A DNA stretch of 64,000 bases from an uncultured Methanosarcinaceae archaeon (GTDB lineage: Archaea; Halobacteriota; Methanosarcinia; Methanosarcinales; Methanosarcinaceae): positions 1 through 64,000 of the forward strand of contig CAWHXP010000014.1 of NCBI GenBank assembly GCA_963833425.1, given 5' to 3'. Below, piece after piece: positions 1 to 11,362 of this stretch. The stretch's first letter is position 1; every line of letters begins with the position of its first letter. The notes beneath the pieces were generated by a model that made no database searches, was not told the DNA's origin, and was given only the letters and a program-made list of their open reading frames with translations. The position numbers and the translations under genes are program-made.

Positions 1-528
1 TCGTTCTTCGGAAAGTTTGAACCCGGAGGTAAAACAAGTAGCAATTGCCCTGGATTTATCCACTCTGGAAATCATCTCTACAAGATCATTTCGAAGCATT
101 GTTTCTCCTCCGTCAAAGGAAACAAGATAAGAACCAAGGTCTAGACTTTGATCTACAGCATCGCATATCTCATCCAGAGTCAATTCTCTTTCAGGTTTAA
201 TATCAGCTGCTCCACAGTGGATACAATGATTGGGACAGCGGGCTGTAATTCCAATTGAGAATTGATCTGGAATTCTTTTCTTCCTGATGGCTGCAATTTC
301 GGCACTCATTAATCTGCTGAAGACAGGTCCAGGAATAGGGGGGATCCATGTGGAGAAAATAATCTTATCTTCATTCATTGAGATAGGCTTTTCTTTGGCA
401 AAAATATTATTAATGCGCTTCAGGAAAGGGTTTGCAAGCTGGGAAAAAGGACCTTCCGAATAGAGCACTATTTTCTCGTTTTCTGTACTGGCATTTACTT
501 TGAGCAGCGGACTATCATATACTCTCAT
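1..528 (-). CDS. Radical SAM protein (5' part; runs off window edge)
   Basis: Manual translation from ATG at 528 behind SD AGAGGTG: MRVYDSPLL...GITARCPNHCIHCG (CxxxCxxC)...SFDGGETMLRND; no stop before position 1. Confidence 0.85.
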   Translation of the reverse strand, partial: MRVYDSPLLKVNASTENEKIVLYSEGPFSQLANPFLKRINNIFAKEKPISMNEDKIIFSTWIPPIPGPVFSRLMSAEIAAIRKKRIPDQFSIGITARCPNHCIHCGAADIKPERELTLDEICDAVDQSLDLGSYLVSFDGGETMLRNDLVEMISRVDKSRAIATCFTSGFKLSEER

Positions 529-672
529 GGATACACCTCTAATATTAGAAAGGAGAACGAAAATTGAAAATATGGCAGAATTAAATAACAAACTGATTGA
601 TACCACTTTAATTTCGGACATAAAGGATTCTATAAGCTATAACCTTTCAATTAATTTTAAGCCAGAGCTTAG

Positions 673-1533
673 TTAATCAAAGATTTCCAGAATACCGACA
701 GTCATATAATCTGTAATCTGGAAAAGTTTTTCTCTTGCCGGACATTCCTTGAATGTTATAAGGGTCTCTTTTGCGGCATCAATATGTAGCTTTAATGCAT
801 CTAAAGATTTCTGCACAGCTTCTTCCTTTGACATGTTTTTCATATAAACATGCGGCAAAGTTTCAGATATGAATTTAGACTCCTTGCCTTCGACAACTTC
901 CAGAAATTCAAGAATATCATCAACAATTTGATATGCAGTTCCTAGAGAATTTCCAAATAAGTAAAAATGCTCCGCTAGAACCTCATCAGCTCCTCCTGTA
1001 TAGGCTCCTATAGAAGCACTGATCGCAAACAGAGAAGCAGTTTTCATATAAATGCACTTGAAATAATTGCTTTCCCCGAAATTTTCCTCATCAAGGCCTA
1101 GGTCAAGGACTTCCCCTTCAGCCATATCCATCCCAGCTTTCCCGAAATCCCTAATAACCTTCTCTCCATAAGGAGAAATGAACTCAATGGACTTTGCAAT
1201 TAGATAGTCTCCACAAAGAAGTGCCCTGGAATGACCAAATTTTTCAGGAGCTGAAGGCAGATTTCTTCTGATGAGGCCCTGATCCAGTAGGTCATCATGT
1301 ATTATTGAAGCTGAATGCATCATTTCAACTGCAAGAGCTGCGCTGAGACTCTGATAATAAGAGCCGGAGCAAATTTCGCTAGCTAGAAGAAGGATAATTG
1401 GCCTTATTCGTTTTCCTCCGGTATTACAGACATGTTCTGCTATTTTTTTCAATTTAGAATCCTCCATTTTATCAATGAATGTTTTTATCCCAGATTCAAC
1501 ATATCTGTATTCTTCCCACTCTTCAATATTCAT
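673..1533 (-). CDS. Geranylfarnesyl diphosphate synthase (trans-polyprenyl synthase)
   Basis: GGKRIRP, FARM HDDLLD..RR, KTASLF, SARM QIVDD; from memory the sequence (MNIEEWEEYRYVE...) closely resembles the M. mazei GFPP synthase. Confidence 0.9.
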   Translation of the reverse strand: MNIEEWEEYRYVESGIKTFIDKMEDSKLKKIAEHVCNTGGKRIRPIILLLASEICSGSYYQSLSAALAVEMMHSASIIHDDLLDQGLIRRNLPSAPEKFGHSRALLCGDYLIAKSIEFISPYGEKVIRDFGKAGMDMAEGEVLDLGLDEENFGESNYFKCIYMKTASLFAISASIGAYTGGADEVLAEHFYLFGNSLGTAYQIVDDILEFLEVVEGKESKFISETLPHVYMKNMSKEEAVQKSLDALKLHIDAAKETLITFKECPAREKLFQITDYMTVGILEIFD

Positions 1534-1671
1534 TCATATTACTCCGAATACTTGGAAGGGCTATCCGGTACAATCTTATCTATCTCAAATATAAATCCAA
1601 AAATCTTGGTCTGCTGACACCTACTATTTCCCTTCTGCAAGCTTGGAAGAAAAACTGCCTAGCTATACACA

Positions 1672-1811
1672 TGATTATTCTGTAGATGCACACATATCTT
1701 AATTTGTTTGCCTATTTGCCTACTATTCTCCATTGAAAGTTGGACTAACTTTTAAGCCACTGTCATATTGAAAAAATGATAGCATTCTTGTGTACATCTG
1801 CGGAAAGTGAG
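1672..1811 (-). mobile_element. MITE family B (~140 bp), copy 1
   Basis: Imperfect terminal IRs ATTCTGTAGATGCACACA...TGTGTACATCTGCGGAAAGTGAG; reverse-complement similar to 12448 and 54530 copies. Confidence 0.75.
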
Positions 1812-2778
1812 ATAGACCTTCAAGTTCTCTTTTTTAGTCCCTTGGTTCAGCCATCAATATCTTGGAAAGCATTTCAAAACTTTCTTATTCTACTACCTCT
1901 ATAACAATTGCATCTTGCACGACACGGGCTTGAAGATCAGATGCAGGATCAAATACTACAAAATAAACCCTAAGAGCCAAGTTCACCTAACTCTGAAAGA
2001 ACAAACCAATGGTGAAATCGATATTTCTTTTTTTATTTATCTAAAACTCCGTATAGTATGATCATTACATTAACTTTTTGTTAAGATTTAAATGATAGAA
2101 CATAAGTAACGATGAAGACAACGCAAAACTCTTAGCCATCTATTGTAAAAGCCAGAACAAAAAAGGTTTACTTTGCATATAACTCCATGTCAAAAGTTTT
2201 CTTCATGCACCACTTAAATTTACTTTACCACTGTTCTTTTTCACACATAAACACAAAGTATAATTTTATCCAATATTTATATATAGTGAAAAAAAACAGC
2301 TTGATACCTTATTAAATCGAAGGTTGTCTATAGAAAAATAAATTCCCAAAAAACATCTCGAATTATATTCAAAATAAAACTCATTATGCTGCTTCAACAT
2401 GCATCGATTACCCTAACTACTTGATATCCTTATATACCGGTAAATATGAGAAAATAGCAATTATTTTTCAAGCATTTGGATAACCAATCATTAAGCAATT
2501 TCCTCCCAAAATCTTCTTTGTATTCTGCAGATCTTCTCAAATCTATTCTAGCAAATGCCATTAAAATATCAGCAAAATAATTCCTTATATTTGATGAATC
2601 AGACATAAAAAATTAGAGAATATTTCTGTCGGAGTATCTCATCAGTATTGCAGCAGCCTGAGAAAAAAGGAAAATTGTCAGATTGGTGCATTTTCTATTT
2701 ATTTTAGTCTAATACCTACAGTTCTGGGGGATGGAAACTTCCAGAGAACAGTTATTGACTACATTAGTTATAGTTCAT

Positions 2779-2918
2779 TCTACATTCCGCATATACACAA
2801 ATTTAGAATTTGCTTGCCCAGCTACTTACTATTAATTCATTGAAAATTAGATTGATTTTTAAGTTACTTCGTATTGGGAAAATAGATGGTATTCTTGTGT
2901 GCGTCTGCGGAAATTGTG
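2779..2918 (-). mobile_element. MITE family B, copy 2
   Basis: CTACATTCCGCATATACACA...TTCTTGTGTGCGTCTGCGGAAATTG; internal sequence similar to copy 1. Confidence 0.7.
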
Positions 2919-2969
2919 TACCGATAAGACAAAACTTTTTTGGCAGCAGAATATAACAAAAAGATGATA

Positions 2970-3476
2970 TTAACAATCATCAAGTTTGAGTTCTGTGATT
3001 TCTACATTAAGGTTTGCAATCCCAAGAGTTGCAACAGTCGACTTGCCGGAAAGCACTCCCGAACATTCTCCTGGATTTATCACAAGCGCTCCCTTGGAGA
3101 TTTTGATCCCAGGATCATGGGTATGGCCCCGAATTACCACATCAAAATCTTCTGACTTGGCAAGGGCTTTGACCTGCGCCTCATTTGTTCCGTGCAAGAG
3201 GGCGATATGCAGGCTGTCAACTGTCAGTTCTCCAAAATCTCCGCATACAGTAGCGCCAATATCTTCAAATAATTTTGTAAGCATTACTTTGTCTCCGTCA
3301 TTGTTTCCAAATACAACATAAAGTTTTGATCGCAATTTCTCAAAGACCCTAACAGTGAAAGGAGAAACGAGATCTCCTGCGTGTAGCACTGCTTTTACTT
3401 CATTATCATTAAAGAATTCTACAGCTTTGCGAATAGCAACCAGGTTGTCATGTGAATCAGAAATAATTCCAATCAA
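2970..3476 (-). CDS. YfcE/MJ0936-family metallophosphoesterase
   Basis: SDSHDN, HAGD, GNND, HG, GHTH, NPG motifs; TTG start after GAGGTG. Confidence 0.92.
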   Translation of the reverse strand: MIGIISDSHDNLVAIRKAVEFFNDNEVKAVLHAGDLVSPFTVRVFEKLRSKLYVVFGNNDGDKVMLTKLFEDIGATVCGDFGELTVDSLHIALLHGTNEAQVKALAKSEDFDVVIRGHTHDPGIKISKGALVINPGECSGVLSGKSTVATLGIANLNVEITELKLDDC

Positions 3477-4235
3477 GTGCCACCACCTCTCTTAACATTA
3501 AATTTACGCATTTATTTATATTTATACTTAGGTTTTCTTAAAAAGGAATTCCCTAAACAAGTTAGTTATAGCTTATTCAAAAAATTAGGATTTTGTATTA
3601 TAACCTTAGTTTGACTGTACAAATTAGATTCAAAGTTAAATATAATCTTTTCTTAAAAAAGCATTTGAAACCCTTTAAAAGTTTCATCAAAATAATTTCG
3701 GATTTGTCAGTTTCTAATACATAGCCTAAAAAAATGTTTGAGCATGGAAGTTTGTTCCATGTTAGTATTTTTGCGATCCAATTTTTTAAAATAGTATTAA
3801 AGTTTTTACAATAATATGTATAATTTATCGAAATAGCTGTTAAAAATTTGATCAAAGTTTGAAAAAAAATAAAATCCAAAGATTGATAATTATCTTTTAA
3901 ATAGAACCATAAAACGTGTCAAAAATTTGTTGCCCATATCTTACTTTTCATCCATTCAGATATGAGAAATCCCTCATAAGAATAAAAAAATCAAACTGTA
4001 TAGTTAGAATTTTAGGGTTAAAATCTGAAGACCAGAAAATAGTAAAAAGTATCAAAAAATTTATTGAATCAATTAACTACTAAAAATTTTATCAGAGTTA
4101 AATATACAAAGTTAACTGAATCAGAATCATTTGCTAACAGTTTATGATACTCAATTTAATCTTTTACTAGTTTAAGAATGAATTGAATGATTACTGATTT
4201 CATTTGATATGATATAATCCCAAAAACTGACTATA

Positions 4236-5369
4236 GAGAATTTCGATAACCTCCATGCTCATAAGCATAGTTGACTTTAAATTTGTCAATATTTATCTAT
4301 ATTCATGAAAACTCTTATTGATTTTGCTCTTAAATAAGAGTATAAACGTCTTGAATCTGTTGGAGATAAGCTTGCTGAAATTGATTCCTTAATTGATTTG
4401 AAAACTTTTCGTATTATTCTTTAGTCTATGTATATTAACAAAACCGTTTCAGGAGGGAGGCCTGAAACTGATGTCATTGTGATGTTCAAAATGCTTGTTT
4501 TACAACAATGGCATGGTATCTCTGATTTTGAACTTGAGAAACAGTGTATAGATCGAATTTCTTTTAGGAAATTCCTTGGATTTCTGGAATACATACCTGA
4601 CAGTACTACTGTATGGCTATTTAGGTAGAGAATTATCGAGAATTTCAAAGAAAATATGGGAAAAGTTGCAAAGCCAACTTGATGCTCTGGGTTTACAGAT
4701 AAAGCAAGGAATGATTCAGTATGCTACTTTTATCCATTCAGATCCAGGACATGCAAAAGGAGAGAGATGAGGCAAAAACAAGAAGAAGCAGAGACGGAAC
4801 ATGGACAAAGAAGGGAGGTAAGTCTCACTTTGGATATAAGCTTCATAATATAATAGATAGAGATTATGAGCTGATCAGAAGATTCAAAACAACAACTGCG
4901 TCAGTACATGATTCGTATGTAGATTTGACAGAGGAAAATGAAGTGGTTTATAGGGACAGAGGATACTTTGGAGCAAAAACGAAAGGGTATAATGCAACAT
5001 TGAAAAGAGCAGTAAAAGGACATACGCTGGGAATAAAGGATATATTAAGAAATAAGAGAATTAGCTCAAAAAGAGTCAAAGGGGAAAGAGTTTGTTCGGT
5101 AACGAAAGAAATTTTCAAAGCAGGAAGAGTTTTTGTTACTACTGTTAAAAGAGTAAATCTAAAAATATTGTGTACGGATTTTTGTTGTAATCTCCATCAA
5201 TTGAGGAAATTGAAAATAAAAAAAGTATATCGAAGATAGCGGAAGCTATCTTTAAAATCAAAGAATTGAGAATAAGTAAAGCCAAAAAGAGGAATTAAAT
5301 AGAGAAATTGAGGAGAAGATATGAGAAATTCCTGTTAAGAAATAAAATCCGAAGTTTATCGAAATCCTT
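4236..5369 (+). mobile_element. IS5-family element with pseudogenised transposase
   Basis: IRs GAGAATTTCGATAA / TTATCGAAATCCTT flanked by TA-rich DNA; fragments FKMLVLQQWHGISD, DATFI-like, TWTKKGGKSHFGYKLH, YRDRGY spread over three frames with nonsense codons. Confidence 0.92.
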
Positions 5370-5489
5370 ATAACAAATTAGAAATATTATACATTTTGAT
5401 TGTATTACAAAAGTAGCTTCCTTTCAATGGATGATTTGGAATAGGTTCCTATTTTGAAATGATTTTTTATTCTATATCCATGTCCTATA

Positions 5490-5575
5490 GAGAATTTCGA
5501 TTAAACTTTTTCAACAAAATGTACATATAGGCATTATAAACAACCAGCTATAAATTGGAATTTATCGAAACTCTC
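5490..5575. mobile_element. MITE family A (~88 bp, IS5-type ends), copy 1
   Basis: GAGAATTTCGATTAAAC...TTTATCGAAACTCTC; same IRs as the IS5 at 4236. Confidence 0.75.
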
Positions 5576-6499
5576 GATATTCTAACTTCTTCTCCACCAT
5601 AAGGTATTTGTTTTGTAAATTTGTCTATTAGATCCACTAATATATTTGTTGCAAATAAGATGTATTCTCCGCCCTGATCCAACATTGTCACAAGATTAGA
5701 AGTTTATCCTCCTTTCGTAGACTTATATCCAAGCATTTTAGAAATATTTTCATTTCCCTTATCGTGCTTTTCAAGAATTTAATCAACTCTGTTATTGAAT
5801 TTAGATGCAATCATAAATTCCAATTTGTTCCCATCCATTCTTGAGATAACTTTTACGTTAATACATTTTTCATCATTGCATTCTTCCCTCTTTTTTACTC
5901 CCATCATTTCAATTCTTTCAAATAAATATTGCGTTGGAGTCAAATATCCTTTACTTAACTCATTTGCTGATAACATCAAATGTCATATTTGAGTTTCCAA
6001 TTATATCTAAAGTGTAAGACTAATGCTCCAGGGAATTTCATTCTTCGGTTTCGATCCCATATATATATATTGATTGTCTCTGGTTACATAACATAGAATA
6101 TCATGGAAGCAACAACAATTCTCTGGACCCCAGTATTAAGTACTTTAGCGCAAAAATTTTATAGTTTACTTTCCCAGATCAGAAAGAATACGGATAACAT
6201 AATTAAATTTTATATTATTAAAAAATAGTATTATCTGAAAGAATTCTTATTTTACTATTTTTGACCCTCGATTACTGTTTGCAGATTAAAAAAATTAGCT
6301 GAATATGTTACAGCAGCAAATAAAACATCAATAACTTTTTGATAGATATAATTTGCTCCATCAGTTAAAGAGATCATATCAAAGAGGATTTTGATTTACC
6401 TACATAAATCAGAATTATTATATGTATGAACCTTAAGACTCTTCCCAGAGAAACTTTCCTTCGAAGAAATAATAAAATGGCAAAAACATATAGGAAATT

Positions 6500-7030
6500 A
6501 TGATCATGCATTTTGCACCTGAGGACTTCCAGGAAATAATCGAGATCGAAAAAGAAGCGTTTTCAGAGCACAATTCTCTACTATATATGAGTTTTTACGA
6601 AATGGCTGCAGACGGTTTCCTTGTTGCGAAGCAGGATGGAAAAATAGTGGGGTATGTTGTAGGCTATCGTTCCGCAGAAAATGAAGGGCATATTTTTTCT
6701 GTCGGTGTCAGAGAAGAGTACCGTGGGAGAGGGATAGGTACAGAACTGATATACACGATATGTAGCATTTTTCTTGCAAAAGGGCTTAAATACGCAAGAT
6801 TGGAAGTAAGAAATAGCAATAAAAAAGCACAAAAATTATATAAGTCCATAGGATTCATACCCTGCTGGACCGAACAAAAATATTACTCAGATGGAGAAGA
6901 TGGTATGGTAATGAAAATGCACTTGCATCCATACCGTCTTTTGATATCAAAACAAAAATATCTCAAACCTTTATTTTCAGACAACGAATTCCTTGTCGAT
7001 TTCAGAAGCTCGATCAATTACTACCCATAA
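6500..7030 (+). CDS. rimI: RimI/Ard1-like GNAT N-acetyltransferase
   Basis: GHIFSVGV..EYRGRGIG, LEVRNSNKKAQKLY..IGF, YYSDGEDG. Confidence 0.88.
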   Translation: MIMHFAPEDFQEIIEIEKEAFSEHNSLLYMSFYEMAADGFLVAKQDGKIVGYVVGYRSAENEGHIFSVGVREEYRGRGIGTELIYTICSIFLAKGLKYARLEVRNSNKKAQKLYKSIGFIPCWTEQKYYSDGEDGMVMKMHLHPYRLLISKQKYLKPLFSDNEFLVDFRSSINYYP

Positions 7031-7292
7031 GCTTGATAATGGAATTCAGAGATTCTCTCATCTGGACTGATTGTCCATCCGAGATAAAATCGTCTCTGGA
7101 CATGAGATTCGCAAGCTCGCCTCCTAAAATAAAAATTGCGCGCTTGTGATCTGCCTTGCTCCGATGAATGTGGACAGGACTTATGGATAAAGCCTTATAA
7201 TCGTCGAATTCGTGCGTTAACCCGTTCCTTTCAAAGTACCTTTTCATCTGGGCCATATATGTGTGTAGTTGTATGAGCTCTTCCTTGTGCAT
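7014..7292 (-). CDS. UPF0058 family protein
   Basis: MHKEELIQLH...ISPVHIHRSKADHKRAIFIL signature. Confidence 0.85.
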   Translation of the reverse strand: MHKEELIQLHTYMAQMKRYFERNGLTHEFDDYKALSISPVHIHRSKADHKRAIFILGGELANLMSRDDFISDGQSVQMRESLNSIIKLMGSN

Positions 7293-7509
7293 AGCGAACA
7301 GACCTACAATTTTACAAGATCAATCTAATACTATCTTGATCCAGATAAAAGAATTGCTCGAGGAAATTGATTTCCTAGTCCGATATAATAAAGATTTCCA
7401 TATAAAGTTTATGATAAATAATGAAGGATTGCATATTATAGTGTGATATTTAGCTTCAAAGTGTGAAATCATGCCAAATCTTAGTGATTCAAGAGGTCGC
7501 TTAGGAACT

Positions 7510-8145
7510 AGCGAACTACCCTTCTTTGTCGGTTTTATGCCTTTCTAGTAAGGGACTTCCTTTGAGTAATTCCTTCATCTGTTATCAAATTTGAGATTCA
7601 TCGGGAATTCCGTATTGTCGAAGATTAGCAACAAAATGTTGATAGCCCATCAACAAGGCATTTGTGATAGAAAAATAACATATATTGATAGAACTATTTC
7701 GATCTCTATCTAGCATTGTACCCATGATTACAGAGCATAACATACTTCAACGGAGGCATAACATGGAGTTCTCTACAATAACAACATTTCTTAATCGTTT
7801 GCTTTTAGTCAATTCTGATTACACGTTTACTCACAAATTTTGCTTTATAGGTCAAGAATTGAGCAAGTCTACCGAAGTTTCCTAGACCCTGAATAGAAAG
7901 ATTTTGACCTTTCTTTTGTTTGGTCCTTTTTTCCTCTTTACTATATTTTATTAGGTAGAGTCATTTGTTGCATACTAAAGTCATCTACTGTTATAGTGTT
8001 AGCTTTACGTTTTCAATCATAGTTTTGGAAAATTTGTGCTGGAAATCTTTAACTTGATGTGCTTTCTTTCTACTCATTTAGCTGATTTAGCTATTCTCAG
8101 TTATACAACACATTTTATAGAACCTTTTTAACACAAATACAATGA
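7510..8145 (-). pseudogene. tnpB: IS200/IS605-family TnpB 3' remnant with right-end sequence
   Basis: Minus-strand translation across frameshifts: KDFQHKFSKTMIEN..ANTITVDD..QGLGNFGRLAQFLTYKAK..CCYC..LDRDRNSSINI; followed by GAAGTCCCTT...GAAGGGTAGTTCGC resembling an IS605 right end. Confidence 0.8.
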
Positions 8146-8622
8146 GGTTCCGTTGCAAAAAATTCAAAAAATATGTAAATTTATAAGTAATGAATAAAAA
8201 TCAAAATATTCAAAGAAAATGTACTAACATTATAAAATTAAACCAAACAATTGATTAATGTATTTGACTTCATTAAAAACAGTGTAATTTAGATCATTTA
8301 CTTGTCCTTTTTTGATCATATTCATAGCTTCGATTCCTTTTGAAGTCTTATTAGCAGATTGAAAAGACTGAAATCCTAACATTGGATTAACAATTCGCTT
8401 TATAGACCTATGATCTTGTTCTATAATGTTATTTAAATACTTGATTTGTCTAATGCCTACTTTTTTAGGTAGTATTTTATCGTTTTTCAGTTCATCTATA
8501 GCAGGTGGATAAGCTGGATTCTTATCGGCGGTTATTACTCTTGGAATTAGATAGCATATTACTATCTTTGGTTTTCTTTTTATTCTATTGTATTATTAGA
8601 AAAAAATTTTTGCAACGGAACC
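8146..8622 (-). mobile_element. Internally deleted IS6-family element
   Basis: Perfect IRs GGTTCCGTTGCAAAA / TTTTGCAACGGAACC; C-terminal transposase fragment DKNPAYPPAI...YLNNIIEQDHRSIKRIVNPMLGFQSF. Confidence 0.9.
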
Positions 8623-8889
8623 ACATTTCTTAAGGTCATCTATGTTGCCCTACTTTTTTTATCAAGCTATGATTCTTGCTATTAAACTGCTTTTTCTGGG
8701 ATTTAAATCTCAAACATACTCTTCCTATTCTGTAAACCAAAGCTATATGCCTGTTTTAGTCACAATTAATTTCCAAATAATTATCAATAGTCAGCATAAA
8801 TTGACAAATAAATTCCCAAATTGAATAAGTTAATGGAATGAAAATGGCAACAAATACCAAATTTAATCGATTAATTATCATAAGTATAA

Positions 8890-9420
8890 ATGTGAGGTGC
8901 AAATTTGAATGTATGTTTCAGGTATTCGAGAAGTAACGCAGCAATTCTAATTGCTGCAACGGGCAATTTTAGAGATTTTTATTCCGTAGATAAGCTTGTT
9001 TCATTGCTTGGGTTAATTCCAAAAGTATACCAATTAGAGGATAAATTCTACAGCTCAGAGTCACAAACCGGGGATCAAAGTAGCAAGGAGTATTCTAACG
9101 CAAATTTCTCAGTCAGCAGCAAAAAATAGCAAATTAAAGAGTTTTTAACCGGAAGAAGAAAACAATTGAATACGCAAAGACAATATTACTCTAGCAAGGG
9201 AAATTGTCAAATTATATGGCATCTGACTACAAATGACAAAATATACGAAGATGAAAATGGGCATTAGGATAGAGAAATTTTCAAGAGAATGATTGTTGAG
9301 ACTTAGGAAGTCTCAGTTGATACACGTATAAAAATAATTATTGTAAATCACAATTATATGGGGAGAGGACTAGGAGAATGTGTGAGGACTATATATAAAC
9401 TTATGAATTTTCATGCCAAT
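8890..9420 (+). pseudogene. IS110-family transposase C-terminal remnant
   Basis: AAILIAATGNFRDFYSVDKLVSLLGLIPKVYQ, then degraded AKTILLLAREIVKIIW-like segment; boundaries approximate. Confidence 0.7.
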
Positions 9421-9493
9421 CTGGTTGAAAAAAATCAGGCTAAAAAGTTTATTAAAAAATTTAAAGAGTAATATAAAATAATGGGCTCTATGA

Positions 9494-11167
9494 TCAATAT
9501 TTTCTGCACTTTCCCTTTAAGTATATTACAGAAATCCCAGGTAGGGCAAGTTTAGTATGAATCAGTTCAGAAAGCACGGGATTAAGGGTCTGTTCTTTTG
9601 TTTTATATCCAACCTCCTGTTCAGTCTCCATTTTTTCCAATGCTTTTCCTTCATCGATATCGAAGACTAAAACGTCAGGAGTTATTGTCTTCACCACTTT
9701 TCTTAGATCAGGGGCTTCCTGCCCACCAGTCATTGCTGCAACATCGTTCTGGAGTACGAGTACAAGCATGTCGCATCCGAAAGTTACGGCATTTAAGAGT
9801 CCCAGGATGCCTGAGTGTGCCAATGCGAAATCTCCGATTACTGCAATGCCTTTTTTCTCAAATCCACAGGCAACAGAAATTGCGGAGCCCAGAGCAAAGC
9901 TAACATCAACTGCTGCAAGGGGCTCAGGTGCGCTACGAACAGAACAACCCATATCTCCCGCAATCCACACGTTAATCTTACTGAGGAAATTATACAAAGG
10001 CAAATATGGGCAGTTATCGCAGATAGCTATCCTTCCTTCATTAGGGAATTTGAAAAAAGCAGTATCTTCAAATTTTGAAACTTCATCCTCTTCTATATGT
10101 TCAAGGGCAAATTCTATATCTTCAGACGTAACTTGTCCATATGGAATGTGACCAGTTTTTTTTCCACATACTCTGCCTGCGATCCGAATTTGTTCTTCTA
10201 TGAAAGGTTCGGACTCTTCGACTACAAGTAATATTTGATTATTTTTCAGAAATGTCCCAATTTTTCTAATGGGAAGTGGATTTACAATGTTAAGGGCCAG
10301 ATGAGAAATTTCACAGTAAACGTCTCGTTTTTTCAGCATTTTTTCCACTATTGAAGACGTAAAACCCGAGGAGATGATTCCTATCCTTCTAGATCCTAGG
10401 CTGTATTCTGTTTCTTCTCCTGGCATCATTATTGTTCTATTCAAGTCAGTATTCTCAGCTTCAGCTTCCAGTAAAGGGTAGACTATGGAGTGAAATATCT
10501 GGTGTTTTACACCCATCCGGTTTTTCCAAATAGAATGATCGAATTCAGGAGGAGTTGATGACGATCTGGGTAGACGCGTTATTTTTCCTTCGCTTTTTCC
10601 TAAGCTTTGAGTGATCCTCAGGATAACCGGAGTCCTTGTCTCTTCCGAAATTTCGTAAGCTCTTCTTAAAGCCCTGTATGCAGTATCTGGATCAGTTGGA
10701 TCAAACACTACTATCTCGGCTATCCGGCCATACCAGCGGGAGTCCTGTTCATTCTGTGAGCCTTTAGCTCCAGGATCGTCCCCTACAATTATAACAAGGC
10801 CAGCTCCTATGGTGTGTGTGACCGAGGTTATAAGGGGATCCGACAGGATATTCATTCCAACGTGCTTTACAATAACCAGGCCCCTTTTCCCAGAAATTGA
10901 TGCTCCTAGAGTAATTTCAAAGGCAACTTTTTCATTTGTGAGCCATCTGGCGCTATAAGCTGAACTGAGCATTTTATCGAAATGACCTACTCTGAAAATC
11001 GCGGTTCTTGATTCTATAACTCCCTCTTCGGTGGTTTTATCCAAAAAAAGCTTCATAAGGGGATTTATAGGATACCCCGGGACACCTGTTATCAGGCTGA
11101 CATTACTGTCAAGCGCTGCAAGGTAAAGGGCTTTGAACCCGGTGCATTCTAATGCTTTTTCTTTCAA
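9494..11167 (-). CDS. iorA: Indolepyruvate:ferredoxin oxidoreductase alpha-subunit-like (TPP-dependent)
   Basis: GVPGYP, NEKVAFE, KHVGMN, GDDPG..SQNEQD, CDNCPY, GDMGC, TPP motif GDF...N..AMTGGQ. Confidence 0.85.
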   Translation of the reverse strand: MKEKALECTGFKALYLAALDSNVSLITGVPGYPINPLMKLFLDKTTEEGVIESRTAIFRVGHFDKMLSSAYSARWLTNEKVAFEITLGASISGKRGLVIVKHVGMNILSDPLITSVTHTIGAGLVIIVGDDPGAKGSQNEQDSRWYGRIAEIVVFDPTDPDTAYRALRRAYEISEETRTPVILRITQSLGKSEGKITRLPRSSSTPPEFDHSIWKNRMGVKHQIFHSIVYPLLEAEAENTDLNRTIMMPGEETEYSLGSRRIGIISSGFTSSIVEKMLKKRDVYCEISHLALNIVNPLPIRKIGTFLKNNQILLVVEESEPFIEEQIRIAGRVCGKKTGHIPYGQVTSEDIEFALEHIEEDEVSKFEDTAFFKFPNEGRIAICDNCPYLPLYNFLSKINVWIAGDMGCSVRSAPEPLAAVDVSFALGSAISVACGFEKKGIAVIGDFALAHSGILGLLNAVTFGCDMLVLVLQNDVAAMTGGQEAPDLRKVVKTITPDVLVFDIDEGKALEKMETEQEVGYKTKEQTLNPVLSELIHTKLALPGISVIYLKGKCRKY

Positions 11168-11362
11168 GCTTATTCCTCGTTATTGGAATATAAAATATTT
11201 TGGATTTAAATTCGTTATGAGATGCCTATTTTACGGTTACTAATAAGATGGTCTATGAGAGTTACTAAAAGCATGAGCTTAAGAAATTCGATATATTTTA
11301 TTTAAATTTCTAGGTAATACTCTTTTTTTCGTATTTGATCTATAACTAACAGACACGGTCGT

